A stretch of DNA of 64,000 nt, from positions 18,057-82,056 of the forward strand of contig JAZQYV010000012.1 in the NCBI GenBank assembly GCA_045633705.1. The letters are read 5' to 3'. Every line of letters begins with the position of its first letter. Position 1 is the stretch's first letter. Origin of the DNA: Candidatus Onthoplasma sp. GTDB taxonomy: Bacteria > Bacillota > Clostridia > Christensenellales > UBA1242. The notes beneath the pieces are model-generated. The model did not search any database. It was not told where the DNA came from and saw only the letters and a program-made list of their open reading frames with translations. The translations under genes were made by a program, and so were the position numbers. Positions 1 to 8,570 of this stretch are shown here, piece after piece.

Positions 1-140
1 AAATTAATTGGATTGAAAACAAAAAAACAATTACAACAAAATACTTAAAAATAGTATTTTTTTGAATTTTTAAAAACAAAAATTAAAATTATTTGTACGT
101 TTTTTTGAATTGTTTTTTCAATTAAATCATATATAAAAAT

Positions 141-551
141 ATGATTGATTTTATTTTTAGTGAAGAACAATACCAACAGCTTAAAGAGGCATATAATCAT
201 GCTTTTTTTGCAAGCAATCTACAGGACTTAATTAACATAAAATCTTTACTGAATGCCGCCGAACGAGTCTGCTTTTACTTGCCCCAAACTTTGCGTAAAA
301 TAGTACAAAGCAATTTAAGCATTACAAGCCGCTTGTTAAATATAATTATTCTCAACCCCTGTAAGCAAAGCACTAAAATAAGCCCACACAACAATCCATT
401 TTATTTAATAAACTTGCTATGCACAATTTCACAGCAACTAACCACTAGCGCACCCAAAAGCCCATACCAAATAATTTATTTAAAAGCAAACAACTTAATA
501 TTGAACTGTATTAATGAAATTTCTAATTATTTTTTCAAAAAAACATTATAA
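141..551 (+). CDS. hypothetical protein (weak call)
   Basis: 136-aa track ORF with no recognisable motif and no clear SD. A hairpin terminator follows it. Confidence 0.25.
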   Translation: MIDFIFSEEQYQQLKEAYNHAFFASNLQDLINIKSLLNAAERVCFYLPQTLRKIVQSNLSITSRLLNIIILNPCKQSTKISPHNNPFYLINLLCTISQQLTTSAPKSPYQIIYLKANNLILNCINEISNYFFKKTL

Positions 552-560
552 AAATAAAAA

Positions 561-586
561 AATAGCATTTATTTGCTATTTTTTGT
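561..586. terminator. bidirectional intrinsic terminator between convergent ORFs
   Basis: Stem AATAGCA/TGCTATT, preceded by an A-run and followed by a T-run. Confidence 0.6.
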
Positions 587-597
587 GTTAAAAATTA

Positions 598-1278
598 TTA
601 ATTTTTATTTTCTTGCTTATTTTTTACTATTTTGCGTTTAATTAATTCGTAGATAAAGACAGCCAAAACCAAAATCAAAAATATATAAATCAGCCAATGC
701 GTAAACTGTGGAAAAATTACACAAATTGTTGATATGATAATTCCCGCCACCAAATTGCCCACCTGTACCGAAAGCATGGTCTGCCAAAAATTTAGTCCCA
801 GAGCCACCGCCAAGCACGTCCCCATCCACACGCCTGTAAGTGGCAAAGGAATTGCCGTAAATATAAATACGCCCAACATTTTATATGCCATAGATTTGGC
901 AGAAGGCTTTATAGAGCCTTGGCTTTTCTCAACATTTGCTGTAGTCTGATTTTCGTCCTGATTTATTTGCTTGGATTTGGAATTAACCTTGTTGTCAATA
1001 TAATTTGCCAGCCCTTTAAACATTTTTGTTTTTCGCAAAAACCTCATTATTGGCACAAACGCAAAGTATAAAAACACCACAACCAGGCTACACCCTAAAT
1101 ACGCCCAACCAAAGGCAGGCCATCTATCCAAAGCATTAACTCCCCAAAATGCTTCACTCATACCAAAAGGGATTCCCCCTTTAAGCTCCATAATTGGAAC
1201 CATTGATACAAAAATTGTAGCAAGTATTACATTGCCGTTAAATATAGTGCTAAATATTTCTCCAATAAACTCTGTCAT
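598..1278 (-). CDS. small multidrug export-like membrane protein (COG2426 / Sm_multidrug_ex-like)
   Basis: Polytopic membrane protein. The N-terminal IMELKGGIPFGMS motif resembles that family, and there is a hydrophilic central insert. Confidence 0.5.
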   Translation of the reverse strand: MTEFIGEIFSTIFNGNVILATIFVSMVPIMELKGGIPFGMSEAFWGVNALDRWPAFGWAYLGCSLVVVFLYFAFVPIMRFLRKTKMFKGLANYIDNKVNSKSKQINQDENQTTANVEKSQGSIKPSAKSMAYKMLGVFIFTAIPLPLTGVWMGTCLAVALGLNFWQTMLSVQVGNLVAGIIISTICVIFPQFTHWLIYIFLILVLAVFIYELIKRKIVKNKQENKN

Positions 1279-1314
1279 AACCCCTCACTTAAATATATAT
1301 TGCGATTAATAATA

Positions 1315-1974
1315 TTATTCACTAACCACATTAACTTTTACTCCACTTTTGCCATTTTTAACACCCTCCAGTAAACACACCGTAGCATACTGCTTTGAGT
1401 GGTATACTTGTAAGTTTTTAACCTCAAATGCATTTTGCGCAAATAAAATAATTGTTTCACACATTCTATTTGCGGGAATAATTAAATAAAACTTACCCTG
1501 TTCTTTTATTAGCTTGCTGGCTTTTGCCACAATTTGTTGCAAATTTGTTTTAATTTCGTGGCGACATATAGCCAAATCTTCGTTTTCTTTTATTTTTCCA
1601 TTTAACTTAAAATATGGAGGATTGCACACTATCGCGTCAAAAGGCTTGTCAAAATCTCCAGGATTTAACACGTTTAAATCCGCGTTAATAACTTTACATT
1701 TATCTTGCAGGCTGTTCAGTTGTATACTTTTGTCAATAAGTTTGCACATTTGGGTTTGAATTTCGTTAAAATACAGCTTATTACACCCATTTAAGGCATA
1801 AACATAAAACCCTACAACCCCACATCCTGCACACATATCTAACACATTGTCAGTTTTTTTAACCTTACAAAACTTGGCAAGCTTTATTGCATCTGATGTA
1901 AACTTATATAAATCATTATCTTGATAAACCTTTATGCCATTTTCTAAATATTCCAAACTTAAATTAGTCATCAT
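1315..1974 (-). CDS. class I SAM-dependent methyltransferase, YabB/TrmN6-like (tRNA m6A37-type N6-adenine MTase)
   Basis: SAM motif VLDMCAGCGVVG and NPPY motif (VCNPPYF). Synteny holB-ricT-MTase matches Bacillus holB-yaaT-(yabA)-yabB. Confidence 0.7.
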   Translation of the reverse strand: MMTNLSLEYLENGIKVYQDNDLYKFTSDAIKLAKFCKVKKTDNVLDMCAGCGVVGFYVYALNGCNKLYFNEIQTQMCKLIDKSIQLNSLQDKCKVINADLNVLNPGDFDKPFDAIVCNPPYFKLNGKIKENEDLAICRHEIKTNLQQIVAKASKLIKEQGKFYLIIPANRMCETIILFAQNAFEVKNLQVYHSKQYATVCLLEGVKNGKSGVKVNVVSE

Positions 1975-2767
1975 TTCGCCTTATTTTAGAAAATTTAACT
2001 TCCTCAAGCGAATACATTTTTCGCTCAGACTCATCGCCCTTAACTATCATAACCTCAACCTGCTCATGTAACACATCAAGCGACTTCACCTCACCCTCTC
2101 CATCAGGTGTAGAAACTCGCTGACCTTGCTTTGGCATCCTTGCTAACACTTCAGCATACAAATCATCTTCATATTTTAGGCAGCATAACAATTTACCACA
2201 CATACCATTAAGCTTGGTCGGATTTAATGACAACCCTTGATTTTTTGCCATCTTTATTGAAACTTTATCAAAATCATTTAAGTGAGCCTTACAGCAGCAC
2301 ACCCTGCCACATATCCCAATTGCACCAATACACTGAACTTGGTCCCTAGTTCCAATTTGATGCATTTCTATGCGAGCTTTAAGTTTGGTTGCCAAACTTT
2401 TAACTATATCCCTAAAGTCAACTCTATTTTCGGCAGTATAATTGATTATTATTTTTTCTTGGTCCAGTGTATATTCAATTAAGCACAGTTTCATTTCCAA
2501 GCCAAACTCTGCTATTTCCTTCTTAACAACCGGCATAAACGTTTTAGCCTTTTCAATATTTTCTTTAACCTTATTTAAATCTTGTTCAGTTGCAATTCTT
2601 ACAAAATTCAAAGGTTCTGGCGCCCCTCCTTCTTTATACTTGCTTACCTTTCCAACCTCTAAACCTCTAGCCGTGTTTACAACTAAATAACTTCCCAAAT
2701 CGAACTGTTGGTCGGTTGTGTAATATAATATTCTTGGATTTTCATTAAAAGTTAGTCCTATCTGCAT
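1964..2767 (-). CDS. ricT: PSP1-domain protein RicT (YaaT), stage 0 sporulation / RNase Y regulator
   Basis: Cys-rich CGRVCCC...CGKLLCC signature. It lies immediately downstream of holB with an overlapping stop/start. Confidence 0.8.
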   Translation of the reverse strand: MQIGLTFNENPRILYYTTDQQFDLGSYLVVNTARGLEVGKVSKYKEGGAPEPLNFVRIATEQDLNKVKENIEKAKTFMPVVKKEIAEFGLEMKLCLIEYTLDQEKIIINYTAENRVDFRDIVKSLATKLKARIEMHQIGTRDQVQCIGAIGICGRVCCCKAHLNDFDKVSIKMAKNQGLSLNPTKLNGMCGKLLCCLKYEDDLYAEVLARMPKQGQRVSTPDGEGEVKSLDVLHEQVEVMIVKGDESERKMYSLEEVKFSKIRRNDD

Positions 2768-3678
2768 AAAAATTTCTCCTTTAATATACTAAAAAACAAT
2801 TGGTCCAGCACATAATTAAAGCTTGTATTAGACTCCATCATTTTAATTGCTCGGTCAATTAATTTTAACATCTTTATTAAAACTTGTTGATTAAACATTT
2901 GCTGTAAATGTTGTATAAATTGCTCGCTAAACACCGCTGGATTGTTGATTAATGCGCTATCAACAGCTTTTAAGAATAGCTTAAGATACTCTTTTCGTTG
3001 TTCGGTTTTAATTTTTAATTGTGAAACAACTTTAGGTATATCCGCACTACTTTTTAATTCAGTTACACTTTGTTCAACCTGTTTTAACACAGCATCGCCC
3101 TCATCTTGCGAATACTTGATAGCATCTGTCAAACTTACTTCGCAGTGCAAAAACTTATCAACATTTACACCACTATTCTTTAAATCTTCCGCCACCAACT
3201 CCAAATCAATGTTTGCAACGTAGTGTTTGCTTAGTCTACTTCTAATTGTTGGCAACAACTTTTCAATATTCGTACAGCATAATACAAACATAACATAAGG
3301 ATTTGGCTCCTCTAAAGTTTTTAACAGTTTGTTTTGTGCCGGCTCATTCATGCCTTCGGCATTGGTGATTAGTATAATTTTATATTTGTAAACCATTGGC
3401 TTAAACTGAACACTATCAATTAAATTAGAAATGTCCGCAACTTGCAATGAAGGCTTGTCAATAATCAACAAATCCGGATTTTTATTAATATCAACCCTTT
3501 TACAAGCGTCACATTGTAAGCATGCTGGTTTTCCACAAAACACTGACGCGGCAAACAACTTGGCAAGTTCAATGTTAAGCACCTCATCTTCGCCATAAAA
3601 TAAGTACGCATGTGATGGAAATGCAATATCTTGCCCAAGATTGCCAAATATTGAAATATTCTTTAGTGACTGTAACAT
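2758..3678 (-). CDS. holB: DNA polymerase III subunit delta prime
   Basis: HAYLFYGEDEV N-terminus, Cys4 zinc module CGKPACLQCDACKRV, NKLLKTLEEP box and SRL sensor motif. Confidence 0.85.
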   Translation of the reverse strand: MLQSLKNISIFGNLGQDIAFPSHAYLFYGEDEVLNIELAKLFAASVFCGKPACLQCDACKRVDINKNPDLLIIDKPSLQVADISNLIDSVQFKPMVYKYKIILITNAEGMNEPAQNKLLKTLEEPNPYVMFVLCCTNIEKLLPTIRSRLSKHYVANIDLELVAEDLKNSGVNVDKFLHCEVSLTDAIKYSQDEGDAVLKQVEQSVTELKSSADIPKVVSQLKIKTEQRKEYLKLFLKAVDSALINNPAVFSEQFIQHLQQMFNQQVLIKMLKLIDRAIKMMESNTSFNYVLDQLFFSILKEKFLCR

Positions 3679-3684
3679 ACCTTT

Positions 3685-3713
3685 AGTATATCACATTAAT
3701 ATAAAATTTTCAA
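3685..3713 (-). promoter_or_regulatory. sigma-A-type promoter abutting the holB start codon
   Basis: On the minus strand: TTGAAA, 17 nt, TATACT, then 6 nt (AAAGGT), then ATG of holB. Confidence 0.45.
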
Positions 3714-3800
3714 TAAAAAGTTATAAATATATCCACAAGCTTTTTAATTTTTATTGATCGACACTCATATTTACCCGCAACAACCCGACGTGCATTAGCA

Positions 3801-3824
3801 AATAAAAAAAGGAGCATCCGCCCC
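3801..3824 (-). terminator. intrinsic terminator (second of two) upstream of holB
   Basis: Minus strand GGGGCGGAUGCUCC hairpin (5-bp GC-rich stem) followed by U7. Confidence 0.5.
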
Positions 3825-3830
3825 ACAACT

Positions 3831-3860
3831 AAAAAAATCCTAAATTTACAACATTTTAGG
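3831..3860 (-). terminator. intrinsic terminator of a short promoter-driven transcript
   Basis: Minus strand CCTAAAATGTTGTAAATTTAGG hairpin followed by ATTTTTTT. Confidence 0.5.
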
Positions 3861-3920
3861 TAACAAAAAACATATAAAGCACACATATAATAATAAAAAT
3901 GTTCCACTTGTCATATTTAT

Positions 3921-3949
3921 ATTATATACCATATTGCAAAATATGTCAA
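3921..3949 (-). promoter_or_regulatory. consensus sigma-A promoter (TTGACA-17-TATAAT)
   Basis: Perfect -35 (3944-3949) and -10 (3921-3926) hexamers on the minus strand with a 17-nt spacer, in the greA-holB intergenic region. Confidence 0.6.
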
Positions 3950-3973
3950 TATTCTTATATTGGTTTATGCATT

Positions 3974-4006
3974 AAAAAATAAGACGTTTTAACCCAAACG
4001 CCTTAT
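3974..4006 (-). terminator. greA terminator
   Basis: Minus strand hairpin TAAGGCG...CGTCTTA followed by a T-run, directly after the greA stop. Confidence 0.65.
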
Positions 4007-4016
4007 TTTAAGCTTA

Positions 4017-4490
4017 TTAAGCTGTAATTTTAACAACCTTTAATTCTACCAAACCGCCTGGAGTTTTAATTGACGCAACTTCGCCAACTTTTTTACCCAT
4101 CAAGCCAGCGCCAACTGGGCTAATATTGCTAATAACTCCATTTAGAGGATCTGATTCAGTATCCCCAACAATCTTATATGTGAAATTACGATTAAGTTTT
4201 ACATTAAGAACTTCAACAGTACAACCAACATTAACTTTTGATGTGTTAATTTTGCTAGGGTCTATAATTACTGCATTTTTAACCTTGTTTTCCAACTCAA
4301 AAATTTCAGCCTCTACAGTTGCTTGTTCTTCACGAGCAATATCGTATTCGCTATTTTCACTTAAGTCGCCATAACTTCTTGCCTCAGCAAGTTTGTCGGC
4401 CACTTCCTTACGTCTAGTACCCTTTAGGTAAACTAATCTTTCCTTTACTTCCTCTAAGCCTTCAGCACTAATAAAAACCTTTTCATCCAT
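4017..4490 (-). CDS. greA: transcription elongation factor GreA
   Basis: 157 aa. Has the GreA signature AEARSYGDLSENSEYD and a C-terminal FKBP-like domain. SD AAAGGAG lies upstream. Confidence 0.95.
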   Translation of the reverse strand: MDEKVFISAEGLEEVKERLVYLKGTRRKEVADKLAEARSYGDLSENSEYDIAREEQATVEAEIFELENKVKNAVIIDPSKINTSKVNVGCTVEVLNVKLNRNFTYKIVGDTESDPLNGVISNISPVGAGLMGKKVGEVASIKTPGGLVELKVVKITA

Positions 4491-4515
4491 AATTAATTTC
4501 TCCTTTTATACAATT

Positions 4516-4540
4516 AAAAAACTCAGTTTAAATAAACTGA
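4516..4540 (-). terminator. terminator-like hairpin inside the greA leader
   Basis: Minus strand TCAGTTTA..TAAACTGA followed by GTTTTTT, about 25 nt before the greA SD/ATG. Confidence 0.45.
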
Positions 4541-4630
4541 ATCAGGCTATATCCACACCCAAACAAATATATTGGGGTATTTGCCGTAAACTATTATATG
4601 CAAAAGTTAATATAAACTTTCACGGAACTG

Positions 4631-4659
4631 ATTATACAACCAATCAAAATAAAAGTCAA
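4631..4659 (-). promoter_or_regulatory. greA promoter (TTGACT-17-TATAAT)
   Basis: Near-consensus hexamers on the minus strand about 140 nt upstream of the greA ATG. Confidence 0.55.
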
Positions 4660-4737
4660 CACTTTTTATCAAAAATATTCAAATTGCATTTTACAATCAA
4701 AATATACAACTCATAACCCCTTTAAGCCAACAATATG

Positions 4738-4995
4738 TTAATTTTCCGGCAAATATTCAATCACCAACCTATCAAATATCACACTTTCAACAAAATCAAC
4801 CGGCTTAAACACAGTCATAGAAAATTGATTAAAATCCGACAGGTGCTTATTAAGCAAAACAGGTGTTGGAATATCCAGCTTTTCACACAATTGCTTTAAC
4901 ATGTCAAAAAATGTGCATTCTTTTGGTTCAACTTCTACAACTGAATGCTTTACAATCTTTTCATCTGAAAATATTTTTCCCCAAATTTTAATCAT
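4738..4995 (-). CDS. hypothetical protein
   Basis: 85-aa track ORF with no recognised domain. Confidence 0.4.
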   Translation of the reverse strand: MIKIWGKIFSDEKIVKHSVVEVEPKECTFFDMLKQLCEKLDIPTPVLLNKHLSDFNQFSMTVFKPVDFVESVIFDRLVIEYLPEN

Positions 4996-5137
4996 ACAAC
5001 CAGTATCTTAACCTAAAACACAAAAAAAATCAAATATATTTGACTTATTTTTATAAATAAGTTACTATTGTATAAATATATTTCAAAATTATAATTATTT
5101 GGCACAAACCAATAATATGTTTTATTAAGGAGATTAT

Positions 5138-6301
5138 ATGCGAGACAGTAAAGTTGCAGTACAAATTTGTAAAGAATATGAAACCAAGACAATTTCAGGC
5201 TCATTAAAACAATGCTTTGATATGTTGGGCGGCTTGTCAACCTTTATCAAGCCAAGTCACACCGTGCTTATAAAGCCGGACCTGTATTATTCCTCCGAAC
5301 CAAACGTTGCAAAAACCACGAATCCTCATATAATTGTTGCACTAGCTGACCTAATTGACAAAATTGGGGCTAAATGTATTATTGCTGATTCTCCAAAAGG
5401 TGATTTTAAACACTCTGTTTTAGATAATGCCTACATCAAAACACAAATGTTGGAGGCTAGTAACAATGGTCATGCACTTTTAAATGTTAACGAAAACGTG
5501 TCAATAATCCACAATCCCAAAGGAAAACATTGCCGAGAAATTTATGTTATTGATGCGGTTAATGATGCTGACGTTATTATAAATGTTGGCAAGCTTAGAT
5601 GTGAAAAGCATTTGGGCCTTATAGGTTGTGGTCAAAATCTTTTTGGATTGATTCCGGGCAAAATGAAAGATGTAATTAAAACCCGTTGTCACAATCTTAA
5701 AACATTTTATAATTATACCATTGACCTATACGAAGCTTTGGAAAATAAGATAATTTTAAATATATTAGATGGCATTGTTGGCTGTGAGGCTAACGAAGAA
5801 CCTCGCATACTAAACGCTTTGATTGTAGGCCAAAATCCATATTCAGTTGATGCCACCGCCCTTAAAATTATTAATCAATCTCCAGCCGACAGCATTTTAT
5901 TAAATGAGGCCGCGCAGCGCCAAAAATACACTAGCTCATTTGAATATTTGGGCGATAGTATTGATTGTTTGATTTGTTCAGACTTCAATTATTCAACATT
6001 TTACGAAAATATTAAACCCGGTTCAACCGCTTCATTTAAAAACAAATACAACCATATGCAAAAGCGACCTATTATAAACAAAAAAACATGCAAGGGATGC
6101 TCGGCTTGTATCAAAAACTGCCCAATGGGGGCAATTAAAATGACTCAAACCCCTTTAGGCGAACATGCCATAATTGACTATGACAGATGTATTAGTTGCT
6201 TTAAATGTTTGCAGGCTTGTCCGTACAAAATTATCAACACAAAAAATCCTATAAGGCACAAAATTATTGATAATAAAATACAAAAGGCTTTAAAGAAATA
6301 A
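5138..6301 (+). CDS. DUF362 domain protein with C-terminal 2x[4Fe-4S] ferredoxin domain
   Basis: Two CxxCxxCxxxCP motifs (CKGCSACIKNCP, CISCFKCLQACP) at the C-terminus. The N-terminal 300 aa resemble DUF362. SD AAGGAG lies upstream. Confidence 0.75.
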   Translation: MRDSKVAVQICKEYETKTISGSLKQCFDMLGGLSTFIKPSHTVLIKPDLYYSSEPNVAKTTNPHIIVALADLIDKIGAKCIIADSPKGDFKHSVLDNAYIKTQMLEASNNGHALLNVNENVSIIHNPKGKHCREIYVIDAVNDADVIINVGKLRCEKHLGLIGCGQNLFGLIPGKMKDVIKTRCHNLKTFYNYTIDLYEALENKIILNILDGIVGCEANEEPRILNALIVGQNPYSVDATALKIINQSPADSILLNEAAQRQKYTSSFEYLGDSIDCLICSDFNYSTFYENIKPGSTASFKNKYNHMQKRPIINKKTCKGCSACIKNCPMGAIKMTQTPLGEHAIIDYDRCISCFKCLQACPYKIINTKNPIRHKIIDNKIQKALKK

Positions 6302-6304
6302 AAA

Positions 6305-6327
6305 ACAGCCCCGCGGGGCTGTTTTTA
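6305..6327 (+). terminator. intrinsic terminator
   Basis: ACAGCCCCGCGGGGCTGT hairpin followed by T5. Confidence 0.8.
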
Positions 6328-6387
6328 TATTTTATCACGAATAAAAGATATCATAATTCACACACTATCAATATCAGGAGAGATTAT

Positions 6388-6624
6388 ATGTTAAAGATTA
6401 TAGCATTTATACTGACTATTGTTGGTGGAATTAATTGGCTAGCAATAGGTATGCTGCAATACGATTTTGTTGCTGGAATATTTGGAACACAGGCAAATCT
6501 ATTTAGCCGAATAATATATACTCTTGTTGGGATTTCAGCAGTTTATTTAACCTGCACAATGATCGCAAACAAAGGTCGTCTAACAACAACTACAAAAAAA
6601 CGTACCAAGGCAGAACAAGATTAA
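6388..6624 (+). CDS. DUF378 family small membrane protein
   Basis: Carries the GGINWLAIG motif and two TM helices. A paralog lies at 51581-51799. Confidence 0.75.
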   Translation: MLKIIAFILTIVGGINWLAIGMLQYDFVAGIFGTQANLFSRIIYTLVGISAVYLTCTMIANKGRLTTTTKKRTKAEQD

Positions 6625-6696
6625 TTTACATTTTAATATAAAAACGTGTCAAAACAAATAAATTATTTGTTTGGCATTTTTTATTAGTGCAATATT

Positions 6697-7143
6697 CTAC
6701 TTTTTAAAATAATTACACGGGATTGTGCACCTTTGGTCCCCAATAAGCTCAAAAGCTCGTATCATTTCCTTACAAATAATATAAATTTTGTATAAACTTT
6801 GTCTATTACCATATTCTTCCGACACAGAATCCTCATCTCCAAGCATTTCTTGAATTAAGGCAGCGTTGTACAATGCGTCAGTATTCTTAATACCACTAAG
6901 CAAAACAATCTCCACTATTTTGCTTTGAATTACTGCTAAAAGCGTGTTCTCATTATGCTTTAACTTGTTTATATGTATCATATTATCGGGGCTAATAAAA
7001 TCATCTTGCATTAGCTCTGCCTGCAAATCTAAGCAATTTAAATACTCATTTAACTCCTTAAACTGTAAGCATTGCTCTATTATTTGATTAAAAGTCTTGT
7101 TTTTACAATATTGTTTTAATGTGATTTTTTGTATTAAATTCAT
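6697..7143 (-). CDS. hypothetical protein
   Basis: Track ORF trimmed to the ATG at 7143, which is preceded by GGAGGAAAT. No recognised domain. Confidence 0.5.
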   Translation of the reverse strand: MNLIQKITLKQYCKNKTFNQIIEQCLQFKELNEYLNCLDLQAELMQDDFISPDNMIHINKLKHNENTLLAVIQSKIVEIVLLSGIKNTDALYNAALIQEMLGDEDSVSEEYGNRQSLYKIYIICKEMIRAFELIGDQRCTIPCNYFKK

Positions 7144-7290
7144 ATTTCCTCCATGTGCAAGCCATATATTAGCACGATTCAATCAAAAATCAACAACCTT
7201 TACAATATATTTCAATTTTCGCCAAAACATACTAAATTAAAGCAAAAACCCCTATCATATATGATAAGGGGATTTGTTTATTTGGTTGTA

Positions 7291-7455
7291 CTAGTCTGCT
7301 TGAACATAGTAACTGCCCGAATGTTGAGTTGCAGGGAATCTTTTTCCCTTTTCTAGATACAAGCAGCCGCCATTTTCACCTTGGCTACTATAGGCCGCAT
7401 ATGTTCCAGACTTTGGAACAACCTCACCGGGAGTCCATTTTTTATTTTCGTTCAT
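7291..7455 (-). CDS. YjzC-like small protein (54 aa), missed by the ORF track
   Basis: My translation is MNENKKWTPGEVVPKSGTYAAYSSQGENGGCLYLEKGKRFPATQHSGSYYVQAD. A strong SD (GGAGGTG) lies 7 nt upstream, and the pattern resembles the YjzC family. Confidence 0.6.
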   Translation of the reverse strand: MNENKKWTPGEVVPKSGTYAAYSSQGENGGCLYLEKGKRFPATQHSGSYYVQAD

Positions 7456-7590
7456 TATAGCACCTCCATAATTAGATTATGCAAATTTTAAAATTTTACT
7501 CATGCTTGAGTAAATTAAAAAAGCATCTTGACAGGTTGCCAATATTGTGTTAACATTACAAAGGAAAATATAGATATATAAGGAATTGTT

Positions 7591-8199
7591 ATGACTGACA
7601 CAAAATATTATAAGGTTTTAAATCCTGTTGATAAGTTAATTGAGGACTTAGAGTTATCGCCTTGTTTTTTGCAAGGAGACATATCATATAAGTACGTTTA
7701 TATGCGTGACCCTAAAAATATATCCCGTGTAATAACATTTAATCCAGCAGTATATGACAACATGTCGGATTTTGATGGCGATTTCAGTGAAGAATATGAA
7801 TACTCAATTATTAGTGATGCAGATTTGTCACACAATATTACACAGGAACTAAAAAAGGGAAATTATGTTGATATGACATATGAAGAAAGAAATATGATTT
7901 TTGGTATTCCATATAATATCGAAACTTTAAAAAATCCAACATTCTTAACCCTAACTCAGCACATCTTTAGATGCGCAAAGCACAAAAACAGAACAATGAC
8001 AACTATTCGTTTTACTAACAACAATGAAGGATTGGGCGAGGTTAATTCCCATATTGAAAAAAATCCAAATACATTGCGTAAAATATTTGAAGAATTAAAT
8101 ATCCACGTTAAGCTTGCACCCATCAAACAAGAGATTTCCGACCATTACATATTATACAAATACGCCGACATTCAAGAAAAAAACAATTATACATATTAA
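7591..8199 (+). CDS. hypothetical protein (possibly the 5' part of a split gene)
   Basis: 202-aa ORF with its own TTGACA-17-TAACAT promoter and an AAGGAA SD. Ends 14 nt after an A7 tract. Confidence 0.5.
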   Translation: MTDTKYYKVLNPVDKLIEDLELSPCFLQGDISYKYVYMRDPKNISRVITFNPAVYDNMSDFDGDFSEEYEYSIISDADLSHNITQELKKGNYVDMTYEERNMIFGIPYNIETLKNPTFLTLTQHIFRCAKHKNRTMTTIRFTNNNEGLGEVNSHIEKNPNTLRKIFEELNIHVKLAPIKQEISDHYILYKYADIQEKNNYTY

Positions 8200-8566
8200 G
8201 GAGAATTGGCGTGAACGCAATAGTTATTTAAAATCTAAATTTAACACCTTTCCCGATAGCAGACATCCTGAAACTTTAAAATACTTGGCTATTAAAGATA
8301 GAAACATTAACTATTATCGCATTCCGTCACTTAATAACGATATTGTTCCAGAAACATTATTAACCAGCGATATAGAATTAGTTGCCTCCAACTTAACTAC
8401 TCTTAATACATATTATTTAGATGAAGATATAAGTATTGATGGCAAATACTTAACACTTGAACAAATTAAAGAATACGAAGAATATCTTAATGAAAATAAA
8501 CAAAATTTATCATTTCACTCTGCTACAAATCCAGATTATGATTTCCGCGAATATTATGAATGGTAA
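8114..8566 (+). CDS. hypothetical ORF without a credible start, likely the 3' portion of a frameshifted 7591-8566 gene
   Basis: The only in-frame start is a TTG at 8114 with no SD, overlapping the upstream ORF by 86 nt. No ATG lies downstream. The frames differ by +1 across A7 (8177-8183). Confidence 0.35.
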   Translation: MHPSNKRFPTITYYTNTPTFKKKTIIHIKENWRERNSYLKSKFNTFPDSRHPETLKYLAIKDRNINYYRIPSLNNDIVPETLLTSDIELVASNLTTLNTYYLDEDISIDGKYLTLEQIKEYEEYLNENKQNLSFHSATNPDYDFREYYEW

Positions 8567-8570
8567 AAAG

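Noticed and set aside
3710-3907. 65-aa track ORF in the greA-holB intergenic region.
   Set aside because: It starts at a GTG without an SD, reads straight through two intrinsic terminator hairpins and has a low-complexity composition. It is most likely non-coding.
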